A stretch of DNA of 64,000 bases from contig PSLF01000001.1 in NCBI GenBank assembly GCA_040289475.1, positions 265,009 through 329,008 of the forward strand, in the 5' to 3' direction. The position numbers and the translations under genes were made by a program. The number at the start of each line of letters is the position of its first letter. Within the stretch, counting starts at the first letter, position 1. The notes below the pieces were generated by a model that saw only the letters and a list, made by a program, of their open reading frames with translations, was not told where the DNA came from and ran no database searches. This DNA comes from Acidimicrobiia bacterium. GTDB lineage: Bacteria; Actinomycetota; Acidimicrobiia; ATN3; PSLF01. Below, piece after piece: positions 1 to 9,092 of this stretch.

Positions 1-199
1 CAAGGGCCTGGGGGAAATGGACGCCGATGAGCTGTGGAAGACCACGATGGACCCAGAGCGTCGGTCCTTGAGTCAGATCACGATAGAGGACGCGGCTGTA
101 GCCGAGAGGATAGTTTCGACGCTAATGGGAGAGGACTCAAAAGAACGCAAAGAGTTCATCGCAGAGAATGCCGAGGCCGTGGAGATGCTGGATATCTGA
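1..199 (+). CDS. gyrB: DNA gyrase subunit B, C-terminal fragment (start lies upstream of window; reading frame begins at nt 2)
   Basis: Translation ...DADELWKTTMDPERRSLSQITIEDAAVAERIVSTLMGEDSKERKEFIAENAEAVEMLDI is the conserved GyrB C-terminal tail. It is followed 120 nt downstream by gyrA, the canonical gyrB-gyrA order. Confidence 0.85.
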   Translation, partial: KGLGEMDADELWKTTMDPERRSLSQITIEDAAVAERIVSTLMGEDSKERKEFIAENAEAVEMLDI

Positions 200-223
200 G
201 AGCAGGGGAGGACGGGTGATCGG

Positions 224-240
224 CCCGCTGGTCAAGCGGG
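224..240 (+). terminator. Candidate stem-loop CCCGCT-ggtca-AGCGGG immediately after the gyrB stop. No U-tract follows, which is common in high-GC actinobacteria.
   Basis: Inverted repeat read directly in the sequence 25 nt after the TGA at 197-199. Confidence 0.2.
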
Positions 241-320
241 GTCGGTCAGGCAGTGGATTTTGATAGCAATTTTTAGATGAGCTATAGCTATCCAGACCAT
301 TCGGACTGGAACGCGCTCAA

Positions 321-2957
321 TTGGAGAGGATGTCAGCGGTGAGTGAAGACGGACGCACAGGAGCCCTCGGACAAAACGCGGGAGAGGGCTCACTATCAGG
401 ACCAGGGGCAGCGAAATCGGCAGCCGACGGACGAGGCGACACCGAAGAAGGTGGGACTAGCCCTGGCGGAAACGGCGGCGACGTAGAAGCTATATCCCCG
501 ATGGACCCAAGGCCGCGTGTTGAGCGTGTGCAACTCCAAGTAGAGATCGAAAAGTCCTTCCTTGAATACGCCATGTCGGTGATTGTCGGAAGGGCCCTTC
601 CCGATGTTCGAGACGGGCTGAAGGTCGTTCAGCGCAGGATTTTATACGGAATGTACGAGCAGCGCTTGCTGCCGGACCGCACATTCAAAAAGTGCGCCCG
701 CGTGGTAGGGGACGTCATGGGTAAGTACCATCCCCACGGTGACCAGGCCATCTATGAGGCGCTGGTAAGAATGGCTCAGGACTTCGCACTTAGGTATCCC
801 CTGATCGATGGTCACGGAAACTTCGGGTCGCCAGATTTTGGGCCTGCTGCTATGCGCTATACCGAATGTCGGCTAGCTCGGCTTGCAGAGGCGATGCTGG
901 ACGGAATCGATGAAGACACCGTGGATTTCGTTCCCAACTACGACGAGGAGGAGCGGGAGCCGACTGTAATGCCTGCGAGGTTTCCGAACCTTTTGGTAAA
1001 CGGCTCGGAGGGGATAGCGGTTGCAGTGGCGACGAATATTCCGCCGCACAACATGCGAGAGGTGTGCGATGCGGTTATCTACTACATAGATCACCCGGAG
1101 GCCAGTCCCGACGAGCTGGCGGAGATAGTGAAAGGGCCGGACTTTCCGACGGGAGGCGTGATCATGGGAACCGAAGGAATCCGGCAAGCCTATAGGACCG
1201 GAAGGGGATCGATAGTCTTGCGGGCAAAAACCGAGATCCAGGAACACAAGAAAGGACGCAAGCGCATTGTCGTTACCGAACTTCCTTACCAAGCCAGACC
1301 GGCGAAGATCCTCGACAGGATACAGGAATTGAGCGATAGCAAGACCGTGGAGGGCATAAGCGAGCTGAGAGACGAGACATCCCGAGAGGGGACGCGGCTT
1401 GTGATCGAGCTGAGACCCGAGGCAGACGATCTCGTCGTGAGAAATCTTTTGTTTAGGTACACAGATCTAGAGCGGACTCTGAATATCAACATGGTCGCCG
1501 TCGTTGGCCACACCCCGAAAACCCTCAATCTCGCTGAGCTGATCAAGCACTACGTAGACCATCAAGTCGTAGTCGTCGAGCGCAGGACACGTTTTAGGCT
1601 CAAGAAAGCTCGCGAGCGCAAGCATATCGTCGAAGGTCTTTTGATTGCGGTCAGGAACATAGACGCGGTGATCGCGCTGATCAGACAGAGTGAAGACACC
1701 GAGGCCGCTCGGGCCGGTCTGATGCAGCGGTTCGGGCTCTCCGAGATTCAAGCGCGGGAGGTCTTGGAGATGCCGCTGAGGCGACTAACGAAGCTGGACT
1801 CGAGGCGCCTGGAGGACGAAAACCGAGAGCTTGAGCAGACAATCGCGTGGCTGGAGCAAATACTCGGCGATCCCAAGGAGCTGAGAGAAGTCATCAAACA
1901 GGAGCTAGCGGCCGTCAAAGAAAAGTTTGGTGACCCTCGAAGGACCGAGATTAGCCAAGAAGAGTCACGCTTCGACGCCGAGAGCCTTATTGCTGACGAA
2001 GAAATAGTCATAACGGTGACCCGAAATGCCTATGTAAAAGCTGCTAGGGTGTCGAGCTACAAGCGACAGGCCCGAGGGGGCCGTGGTGTCTCGGGCGGGA
2101 AGGTAACCGAGGACGACGTCGCCGAGCACATAATTCGCACGACGAGACACTCATACCTCTTGTTCTTTACCAACCTCGGGCGGGTATACAGGCTGAGAGC
2201 CCTAGAGCTTCCGATAAGGGAGCGCACCGCCAAGGGCGATCACATACGCAAATACCTGCGGCTCGAGGAGGGAGACCCCGATTCGGGCAAGCCGGCAGAG
2301 CACGTGCAGGCCGTGATCGACACGTCTCAGTACGAGACAAAACGGTTCCTAGTGATCGTCACCAAAAAGGGGATTGTAAAGAAGACAAGGTTCAACGAGT
2401 ATGACTCGGCTGGTCGAAGAGGCATTATCGCAGTAGACCTTCAAGAGGGGGACGAGGTCGTCTCGGTTCTGGCAACCGAACCAGGTGAGGAAATCCTCCT
2501 GCTGACGAGGAATGGTATGTCCCTCAGGTTTCGCGAGAAGCAGCTTCGAGCGCAGGGGCGAGCCACGAGGGGTGTGCGTGGAATCAGCCTCAGAGAGGGG
2601 GACTACGTAGTGGCCGCAGTCACTGCTTCCAACGACGAGGATCTGCTAATTGTTACGACGCGGGGGTTTGGAAAGCGGACTCCGCTAAGGCTTTTCCGTC
2701 CGCAGTCTAGAGGCGGACTGGGCGTGCGTGCGATACGTCTTGCCGAGGCAAAGGGAAAGGTCGCGGCCGCACTGGCAGTACGGGAAAGCGACGAGGTATT
2801 CGTTATCGCTACCGACGGTAACGTAATCAGAATCCCGCTGTCGGATGTGAGCAGGCAGAGCCGGGAAGCAACGGGTGTGCGTGTGATGAAGTTAGAACTT
2901 GCTCAGGAGGTGGCCGGAGTGGCCTTGGCAGACAGGGAAGAGCCCGAGGCTACGTGA
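321..2957 (+). CDS. gyrA: DNA gyrase subunit A. The ATG at 321 gives a roughly 60-aa Gly/Ser-rich N-terminal extension; an internal in-frame ATG at 501 would give a canonical-length N-terminus.
   Basis: [34 protein letters not shown] with the active-site region, a full-length 878-aa ORF, C-terminal beta-pinwheel repeats, and position directly after gyrB. Confidence 0.95.
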   Translation: MERMSAVSEDGRTGALGQNAGEGSLSGPGAAKSAADGRGDTEEGGTSPGGNGGDVEAISPMDPRPRVERVQLQVEIEKSFLEYAMSVIVGRALPDVRDGLKVVQRRILYGMYEQRLLPDRTFKKCARVVGDVMGKYHPHGDQAIYEALVRMAQDFALRYPLIDGHGNFGSPDFGPAAMRYTECRLARLAEAMLDGIDEDTVDFVPNYDEEEREPTVMPARFPNLLVNGSEGIAVAVATNIPPHNMREVCDAVIYYIDHPEASPDELAEIVKGPDFPTGGVIMGTEGIRQAYRTGRGSIVLRAKTEIQEHKKGRKRIVVTELPYQARPAKILDRIQELSDSKTVEGISELRDETSREGTRLVIELRPEADDLVVRNLLFRYTDLERTLNINMVAVVGHTPKTLNLAELIKHYVDHQVVVVERRTRFRLKKARERKHIVEGLLIAVRNIDAVIALIRQSEDTEAARAGLMQRFGLSEIQAREVLEMPLRRLTKLDSRRLEDENRELEQTIAWLEQILGDPKELREVIKQELAAVKEKFGDPRRTEISQEESRFDAESLIADEEIVITVTRNAYVKAARVSSYKRQARGGRGVSGGKVTEDDVAEHIIRTTRHSYLLFFTNLGRVYRLRALELPIRERTAKGDHIRKYLRLEEGDPDSGKPAEHVQAVIDTSQYETKRFLVIVTKKGIVKKTRFNEYDSAGRRGIIAVDLQEGDEVVSVLATEPGEEILLLTRNGMSLRFREKQLRAQGRATRGVRGISLREGDYVVAAVTASNDEDLLIVTTRGFGKRTPLRLFRPQSRGGLGVRAIRLAEAKGKVAAALAVRESDEVFVIATDGNVIRIPLSDVSRQSREATGVRVMKLELAQEVAGVALADREEPEAT

Positions 2958-3045
2958 TTTTCCTGTCCGCGTATCTAACACCGCTCTAGGTTTCAGCGAA
3001 CGACCGCAACAGCGAAAAGCCGCAAGACGAGATGAGGGGGGATTC

Positions 3046-3846
3046 ATGGGTTCGACAACACCTCGCCCTTTGGTGTTTTTTCCCAAAAAACTTGGTCTGG
3101 AAGCCGATCGACAAAGCGCTTCCGAGACCGACGCAGGATCTATAGCGCTCTTTGTTGCATTGTCGATGCTCGGCTTGGCAACTGTTGCGTCGACGATGGC
3201 GCGCAGCGGGATCGCTTTAATCGATAGAGCCAAGGCGGATGCAGTGGCTGAGGCAGCTGCTCTCTCGGCGGTGGCTGGCGTCGACGCCGGAGTTGTTGCC
3301 CAGACCAACGGGGGAAGTCTAGTGGCTGCTGTGCGTCAGCAGGGCGGAGAGTGGGTAGTTCGAGTGCGAGTAGGTCGTATGGAAGCGGTTGCAGCAGCGA
3401 CATACGGGGGATTACCGAGTGGGGCCTCGCCCAAGCATCTATCGGGCGGCTTCAAGGGTAAACGGACGGGCTTGTCTCCCGAAACGCTCGCTGCTTTAGA
3501 GAAGGCCGATGCATTGCTAGCCGCCCGGGGAATGCCCTCTCCTGTTCCTGTCGTGAGCGGCCTACGAAGCTTGGCCGAACAACAGGCCCTTTGGGCCCGT
3601 CGGTTTTTCAATCCTTATCCGGTCGCCCCTCCGGGTACCTCCGCACACGAACGAGGTTTAGCTGTGGATATCCCTCCGGACTGGGTGCCCTATGTGGTGG
3701 AAGTTTCCAGACAAGCTGGGCTATGCCAGCCTTACCCCAACAGGGATCCTATTCACTTCGGACCGATCGAGTCTCCTGAGTGCGGCGGCAACGCGACTGG
3801 CTCGAGAGGCGGGAGACCGATTTTGATCCCCTTGGGGGAGGCGTAG
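3046..3846 (+). CDS. Membrane-anchored LAS-family (peptidase M15, VanY-like D,D-carboxypeptidase) metallopeptidase
   Basis: C-terminal SAHERGLAVDI (HxxxxxxD zinc ligands) and a downstream HFG motif typical of M15/VanY. An N-terminal hydrophobic helix SIALFVALSMLGLATVA. The longer ORF from 2899 overlaps the gyrA 3' end, so the ATG at 3046 is preferred. Confidence 0.6.
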   Translation: MGSTTPRPLVFFPKKLGLEADRQSASETDAGSIALFVALSMLGLATVASTMARSGIALIDRAKADAVAEAAALSAVAGVDAGVVAQTNGGSLVAAVRQQGGEWVVRVRVGRMEAVAAATYGGLPSGASPKHLSGGFKGKRTGLSPETLAALEKADALLAARGMPSPVPVVSGLRSLAEQQALWARRFFNPYPVAPPGTSAHERGLAVDIPPDWVPYVVEVSRQAGLCQPYPNRDPIHFGPIESPECGGNATGSRGGRPILIPLGEA

Positions 3847-3855
3847 GGGGTGAAC

Positions 3856-5085
3856 CTAGGCCCCGTATTTGCTGAGTCGGCCAGCTGCGGCTAGAGCGAT
3901 TGGAAAAATTTCGACCGCACGACGCCTCCCGAGCCAACCTGTAGCAGCAGAGGCCTCGTCGAAGCGGGTTACGTCATCGACGGGGGCTGTGCCCCCGCTT
4001 AGAAGCACTGGTACGGGATGCCAGGAGTGCGAGGCCATCTGTGTTGGGGTCGAGTGGTCGCCCGTGACGACTATTACTCCGGTCCACGACCGCTCGATCC
4101 TGGGGATTACCTCCGCATCGACCATCTCGATAGCGGCACACTTTCTTTGAAAGTCCCCGTCTTCACCGGCCGCGTCGGTTGCTTTGAAGTGAAAATATAC
4201 GAAGTCATACTCGCGGGCATGGCGCTCTACGACGGCCAGCTGCTCGTCGAGAGTTGGGGACAAGCCTTTGTCTTCCATACCGACCAGGCGTCCCAATCCC
4301 AAATACATCGGGTACTGTGCCAAGGCCAATGCTCGGAGCCTATACCTATCGGCAAACCGGGGAAGCGCAGGCCTTCTGGAGAACCCCCGCATCAATATGA
4401 AGTTACCCTGGGAGCGGCCTCGAAGAACCTCGCGGGCTTTATCCAGGAGGTGGCGCAACAGAGCAGCCGTCCGTTGGGCAGCGTGATCTTCTGCGGCTTC
4501 GGGGAGGGGACGAGGTTCCAAGGGCTTGACACCTGTGCGTTGCGGATCGGTGTCCACTATTGCGTCGGAAAGGTCGTCGCCCCGTAGCACCAGGAGGGCC
4601 CGGTGGTCTTTTTCCGGAAGGAAGAAAAGCTCGACCCCGGAGAGGTGGACATGTTGGGACAGCTCCTTGCAGATAACGGCGGTTTGCTCGGTTGGAAGCC
4701 GGCCAGCCCTGCGGTCGGAGATGGTGCCGTCAGCAGCAAGAGTGCACACGTTCAGGCGAGCCGCTAAATCGGTCGGCTGGAGGTCGAATCCTAGACCGGC
4801 CGCGGAAAGGGCGCCGCGGCCTATCTCGTAGGCGAGAGGATCGTAACCAAATAGACCGAGATGACCGGGACCGCTCCCTGGAGTGATACCTGGAGCCACT
4901 GGATCGTGTAGTCCCGCGCAGCCCTTTGCTACTAAGGTATCCAGGTTGGGGTGGTTAGCCGCCTCGAGTTCGCTGGGGCGCTCAGAGTCACGGTAGCCAC
5001 CGAGCCCATCCATTACAAGCATGAAAATGGGAAGGCCGTCCGGTTGTACGAGCCTGTGGTAGATTCGGCTTAACGGATCGTCCAT
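3856..5085 (-). CDS. apgM: 2,3-bisphosphoglycerate-independent phosphoglycerate mutase, archaeal type (ApgM family)
   Basis: N-terminal FMLVMDGLGG...ELEAANHPNLDTLVAKGCAGL...PGITPGSGPGHLGLFGYDP matches the metalloenzyme-superfamily ApgM signature; length 409 aa. Confidence 0.85.
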   Translation of the reverse strand: MDDPLSRIYHRLVQPDGLPIFMLVMDGLGGYRDSERPSELEAANHPNLDTLVAKGCAGLHDPVAPGITPGSGPGHLGLFGYDPLAYEIGRGALSAAGLGFDLQPTDLAARLNVCTLAADGTISDRRAGRLPTEQTAVICKELSQHVHLSGVELFFLPEKDHRALLVLRGDDLSDAIVDTDPQRTGVKPLEPRPLPEAAEDHAAQRTAALLRHLLDKAREVLRGRSQGNFILMRGFSRRPALPRFADRYRLRALALAQYPMYLGLGRLVGMEDKGLSPTLDEQLAVVERHAREYDFVYFHFKATDAAGEDGDFQRKCAAIEMVDAEVIPRIERSWTGVIVVTGDHSTPTQMASHSWHPVPVLLSGGTAPVDDVTRFDEASAATGWLGRRRAVEIFPIALAAAGRLSKYGA

Positions 5086-5302
5086 AAAGAGTTCTCCTCG
5101 TCAATATGGCCGGTTTTTCTCGGGGAGAAGCGACCGTTGCCCGACAATGATGTGCAGGGCCCAATAGACAGGCCCCGAGCCCTTTTTAGAGAACACCTCC
5201 AAGAAGACCTTAGGGCCGTAGAATTGTAAGACCCCCGAAGGCCGCTGGCGGAAAGTAGTTTGCGGCCCCAAGAAGCGATAGGCGCGTAGCCCACGAGTCG
5301 CT

Positions 5303-5851
5303 ATGCGGTATGGCGAGGGTTACGGATCGAGAGGAGCTAGTGTGTACGCGAGGCGAGTCCGTCGCATGATCCGGAGATTCGATCCCTGGAGCGTCCTCAA
5401 GGTGTCGCTCGTCTTTAACTTGTGCCTAGCGGCAGTAACGTTGGTCGCGGGTACGATCGTTTACAACCTAGCGAGGGTAGGAGGATTCATGGCCCGGATC
5501 GAGCGGGCCATGCAGGAGGTTGGCTTCGAAAACTTTCGTTTCATCGGCACGAGAACTATCATGGCCGCGTTTTTGATCTTGACGGGGATGGCCATATTTA
5601 TGACCGCAGCCACGGTGTTGTTGAGCTTCATCTACAACCTCATCTCGGAGGTAGTGGGAGGTCTAGAGATCAGCACCCTTGACGAACTTGTCGATGTTGT
5701 CGACAGTACTCAGTCAGAGATTTCAGAAGCGAAAGAAGAGGGGAAGAGTCGCTTACCCGTGGGGAAGCGGAACGTTCCAGACGAGACGGCCCAGGACGCG
5801 AAAAGCTTGGGGGTTTCCGAAGAGGAGCCGGCTTTGAACAAGCGGTCCTAG
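5303..5851 (+). CDS. DUF3566-family transmembrane protein (the conserved gene found downstream of gyrA in Actinobacteria)
   Basis: Arg-rich N-terminus followed by FDPWSVLKVSLVFNLCLAAVTLVAG and a second TM segment. The position between gyrA and tRNA-Ile is the conserved actinobacterial arrangement. Confidence 0.7.
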   Translation: MRYGEGYGSRGASVYARRVRRMIRRFDPWSVLKVSLVFNLCLAAVTLVAGTIVYNLARVGGFMARIERAMQEVGFENFRFIGTRTIMAAFLILTGMAIFMTAATVLLSFIYNLISEVVGGLEISTLDELVDVVDSTQSEISEAKEEGKSRLPVGKRNVPDETAQDAKSLGVSEEEPALNKRS

Positions 5852-5966
5852 ACGAGGAGTACCAGCCTGCGGCTAGTAGGGCCGCAGATTTGGGGCCGGT
5901 AAGTCAGAGCGCGAGAAGTACGGTGCCGTAGGCCTTCCGGATCGCGATAATGTGCGCGTATCGAGC

Positions 5967-6040
<74 letters not shown>

Positions 6041-6084
6041 CGGCAGCAGAGAGCTCCTGGCAGCTGCCGTTTGGTGTCTCGCCG

Positions 6085-6158
6085 GGGGACGTAGCTCAGT
6101 TGGCTAGAGCGCCTGCTTTGCAAGCAGGAGGTCGGCGGTTCGAGTCCGCTCGTCTCCA
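6085..6158 (+). tRNA. tRNA-Ala (anticodon TGC) with the G3:U70 identity pair
   Basis: GGGGACGTAGCTCAGTTGGCTAGAGCGCCTGCTTTGCAAGCAGG...GGTTCGAGTCC...CGTCTCCA. Acceptor stem GGGGACG/CGTCTCC contains G3:U70; anticodon loop TT-TGC-AA. Confidence 0.9.
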
Positions 6159-6724
6159 CTGGGAGGCCCGCATCGAAGATCTTCGTCCATCGAGGCGCCC
6201 TGGGTCGACACTCGCCACGACCGCTCTATCCTGTAAGGGCTGCCGGTGCTCGAGTCACTTTTACTAAGCCGGCGTGAAGGTTGTCTCTATGGTGGGTGCA
6301 AAGCCGGTCTATTCGGGGGAGTCCGTGGGTCGGTGGCTCTCGCGGTGGGGCGGACAATCCCGCTTCTACATAGACAACGCCCTCGGGGCCTACGATAGCA
6401 GAGTGAGGGACGCCAGGGACGTTAGACCACTCCGTCGGCACGCCGCCGAGGGAGTGCAGGTATTCTATGGCCAGCTTGCGCCGAGCCGTGCTTGGTTCTT
6501 CGAAAGGAGCGCAACTTGAGCGAGGAGACAAAAATAGCCAGGCATTCTACGGACAATGTTCACGGCGAAGGCTTTCTGGCAGAAGATGGGGGCCGGCACT
6601 GGGATCTTGCAGCCGGCGATGTAGCGGTGTGTGCGCCGGGAATTCCGCACCGGCACGGGGCTCGGCCGGGATCGGACTGTGTTCACGTAGGCATTCAAAG
6701 TGGCGAGGCCGAGTGGCTGGAGTG

Positions 6725-8335
6725 AGTCAGCCTTCTAGGAAAGCGGAAGGCAAAACGGCAGAGGCCAACGCAAAACGATTTGCGCTGAAGACCCTGAGCG
6801 TTCTCGTGATGGTCGGACTCGTGGGGTACGGGGCTGTCAGGGTAGCTTCCCAGAAGCGAGCTCCAAGCGGCTCTCGGGAGGCTTCCCCTCTGGGTCCGCC
6901 TGCTGCCCCTGGACTCGGCGAGATTACTGCTACGTGCATCCCGAGGCTGGATGGGCCACGAGGCAATGTCTTTTCGGCAGCGCTTGACCTGGCCACTCCG
7001 AACCAGCCTTGGGACCCTCAGGCTTTAGCGGCAATATCCGAGCGCCTTACGTCCTACGCAGGCCTCACGAGCCCGGGATTCTATGTTCGCATTGGCTTCA
7101 ATGCGGACTTCAGCGGAAGTCCAAGTTCTCCCAAGCCCAGGGGGCAGGGCCCGGATGTGCTCGATTGGAGATTTGGCCTAGAGTCTGGGTCGACCGCTCC
7201 TCGCTTGGACGATCTCGTAGAGTTCTTGAGACGGGTCGGAGCTGAACCTCAGATAGACGTTGGGTATTTCGCCCGCACGCCCGAGGAAGCCGGGGCGCTT
7301 GTGGCATTTCTGAACGGTGTCAATGGCTCAGATCCCGCTGTCCAAGCGAGAATTAGAGCCGGCCGTTCCGATCCGCCCAAGGTCAACTTGTTCGAGTTGA
7401 CCTACCCACCCGTTCCTTCGATCTCGCCCCAACCCGTAGGAATTGCTTATGTTCGAGAGCACGCCTCTCGACTGAGAGACATTGCGAGATCGATGCGGAG
7501 TAGCAGCCCTACTCCGATACGTCTGCTCGTACCGGTTGGTAGGTGGCAAGACGTTTCGGAGGCAGCGGCGTTTTTTGGCCAACTCATCGGAGAGACCAAG
7601 GATTTTGCAGACGGTTATTCGGTCTCGTTTGCTCCTGATACAGCTTCCTCCTTGGCCGAAAGCGCAAAAGGCCTTGCGAAGAGCCTGGCGACACTCAGAC
7701 GTCTGATGGACGAAGCGGGCGTGGGCAAAGACAGTATTGTGGCGGTTGCTCCATGGGATATGTCTTCGTTTGGCAAAGGAACGCCACCGACTTGGAGGGC
7801 GGCGATAGTAGCTGCTGCAGGAGCTATGGTATCCAGCGCCCAAGGAGCGTCGCTTGCTAACTATCCGGGTATTCCGGCGACGGTTCAGGATCCAGCCGGG
7901 TACACCTTCTGGCCAGGGGCCGATCCCAACCGCCCTTCCCCTACTTACGAAGCGATGGCAACGCTCGCCTCCAGTGTCCGCCGAGAGCGTTTACGAACAG
8001 AGCTTACCGAGGCAGCGCTACCAATGAGTGAGGAGACCCCTACTCCCAAGGTGCACCCGCCCGAGGCGTCCGCCTCTGAGCTCATTGCGCAGTGCTCTAG
8101 GGGCGAGGGAGTCAAGAACTTGGTGATCGTAAATCTCTCTTCGAATCCGGCCGTTATAAACGTAAAAGTCGGCTTCGATCCAGGCGAGCGCTTTACGAAG
8201 ACGGTTCTTGTGGCCCCCCTCGATTCTCCTTTGGCGGAGCGATCGAGGACTGAGTTTTTGTCGAGGAACTGGTTCAGCGACACGCTGGCTCCTTACTCAA
8301 TCACGGTGTGGAGCTTCTCCGGTTCCGCCACGTAG
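6725..8335 (+). CDS. Secreted/membrane-anchored hypothetical protein, possibly glycoside-hydrolase-like (TIM-barrel-like core plus C-terminal beta-sandwich). Start uncertain: a GTG at 6725 immediately precedes the signal-anchor helix, and the longer ORF from 6467 is probably an artefactual extension.
   Basis: Hydrophobic helix LKTLSVLVMVGLVGYGAV near the N-terminus, and a long ORF with a C-terminal NLVIVNLSSNPAVINVKV...YSITVWSF strand-rich tail. No catalytic motif could be assigned by eye. Confidence 0.45.
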   Translation, partial: SQPSRKAEGKTAEANAKRFALKTLSVLVMVGLVGYGAVRVASQKRAPSGSREASPLGPPAAPGLGEITATCIPRLDGPRGNVFSAALDLATPNQPWDPQALAAISERLTSYAGLTSPGFYVRIGFNADFSGSPSSPKPRGQGPDVLDWRFGLESGSTAPRLDDLVEFLRRVGAEPQIDVGYFARTPEEAGALVAFLNGVNGSDPAVQARIRAGRSDPPKVNLFELTYPPVPSISPQPVGIAYVREHASRLRDIARSMRSSSPTPIRLLVPVGRWQDVSEAAAFFGQLIGETKDFADGYSVSFAPDTASSLAESAKGLAKSLATLRRLMDEAGVGKDSIVAVAPWDMSSFGKGTPPTWRAAIVAAAGAMVSSAQGASLANYPGIPATVQDPAGYTFWPGADPNRPSPTYEAMATLASSVRRERLRTELTEAALPMSEETPTPKVHPPEASASELIAQCSRGEGVKNLVIVNLSSNPAVINVKVGFDPGERFTKTVLVAPLDSPLAERSRTEFLSRNWFSDTLAPYSITVWSFSGSAT

Positions 8336-8434
8336 GGGGTCGGGGCTTGGGGTTTGGCATAGTAGTCTGCGTGGGATTGATGCCCTCGGGCTTTTAGATA
8401 CAAGGGGCGTCGGGTTTACCGTGGGAAGGGTGTC

Positions 8435-9091
8435 GTGAGTGACCAGTGGCTGATTTGCAGAAAATATGAGCCGAACGACCGAGCCGCAGTGAGATTCATT
8501 TGTTGTGAGACCGGGCACTTGGGGGATCCAATAGATCCGTACTTCTCCGACAGAGAAGTATTTGCAGATTTTGTGACTAGATACTACACCGACGTAGATT
8601 CGGCGTGGTCGTGGGTACTCGAGGACCGAGGGGAAGTCGTTGGCTATCTCACAGGGTGCCCAGACTCGAAGGTCTACGCCGCGAAAGTCAAAAAAGTCTG
8701 GGCGCTTGTGGCTACGAAGGCGTTGGCCAGGGGCGTTCCCCTTCGGCCCTCCAGCGGACGACTCACCTGGCGACTCCTTTGGGACGTAGCCCGAGAGCGG
8801 CCGTCTTTTGGACATTACGGTCCGGAGTACCCCGCGCACCTACACATCAACTTGCTTCCCCAGGCCCGAGGAAGAGGCGGGGGCAGGATGCTTATCGATG
8901 CGTACCTCGCGGCGCTGCGGGCTGCCTCCATAAGGGGGGTGTTTTTGGAGACTTCCTGCGAGAATACTCGTGCCGTTGCGTTTTTTCGGAGTATGGGCTT
9001 CGCTCCCTTGCATGCCGCACCGTCCCCGGGTGGGCGGCTTGCGGACGGAGGCCGCATACACGTGCTGGCAATGGGCATGCGCCTTCGCTAG
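8435..9091 (+). CDS. GNAT-family N-acetyltransferase (GTG start)
   Basis: Motif A region LLPQARGRGGGRMLIDAYL (Q/R-x-x-G-x-G/A) followed by VFLETSCENTRAVAFFRSMGF; size 218 aa. Confidence 0.7.
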   Translation: MSDQWLICRKYEPNDRAAVRFICCETGHLGDPIDPYFSDREVFADFVTRYYTDVDSAWSWVLEDRGEVVGYLTGCPDSKVYAAKVKKVWALVATKALARGVPLRPSSGRLTWRLLWDVARERPSFGHYGPEYPAHLHINLLPQARGRGGGRMLIDAYLAALRAASIRGVFLETSCENTRAVAFFRSMGFAPLHAAPSPGGRLADGGRIHVLAMGMRLR

Positions 9092-9092
9092 A

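Noticed and set aside
873-2150. Several 60-140 aa ORFs on the minus strand inside gyrA (for example 873-1292 and 1467-1751)
   Set aside because: They lie antisense to a confidently identified, uninterrupted gyrA, and their translations are low-complexity Arg/Ser/Pro-rich. These are typical high-GC shadow ORFs.
6226-6725. Short overlapping ORFs downstream of tRNA-Ala (6226-6531 minus, 6274-6519 plus, 6465-6698 minus, 6492-6725 plus)
   Set aside because: They overlap each other in different frames, lack RBS-like sequences and give no recognisable motifs, so none was called. The region is treated as intergenic or uncertain.
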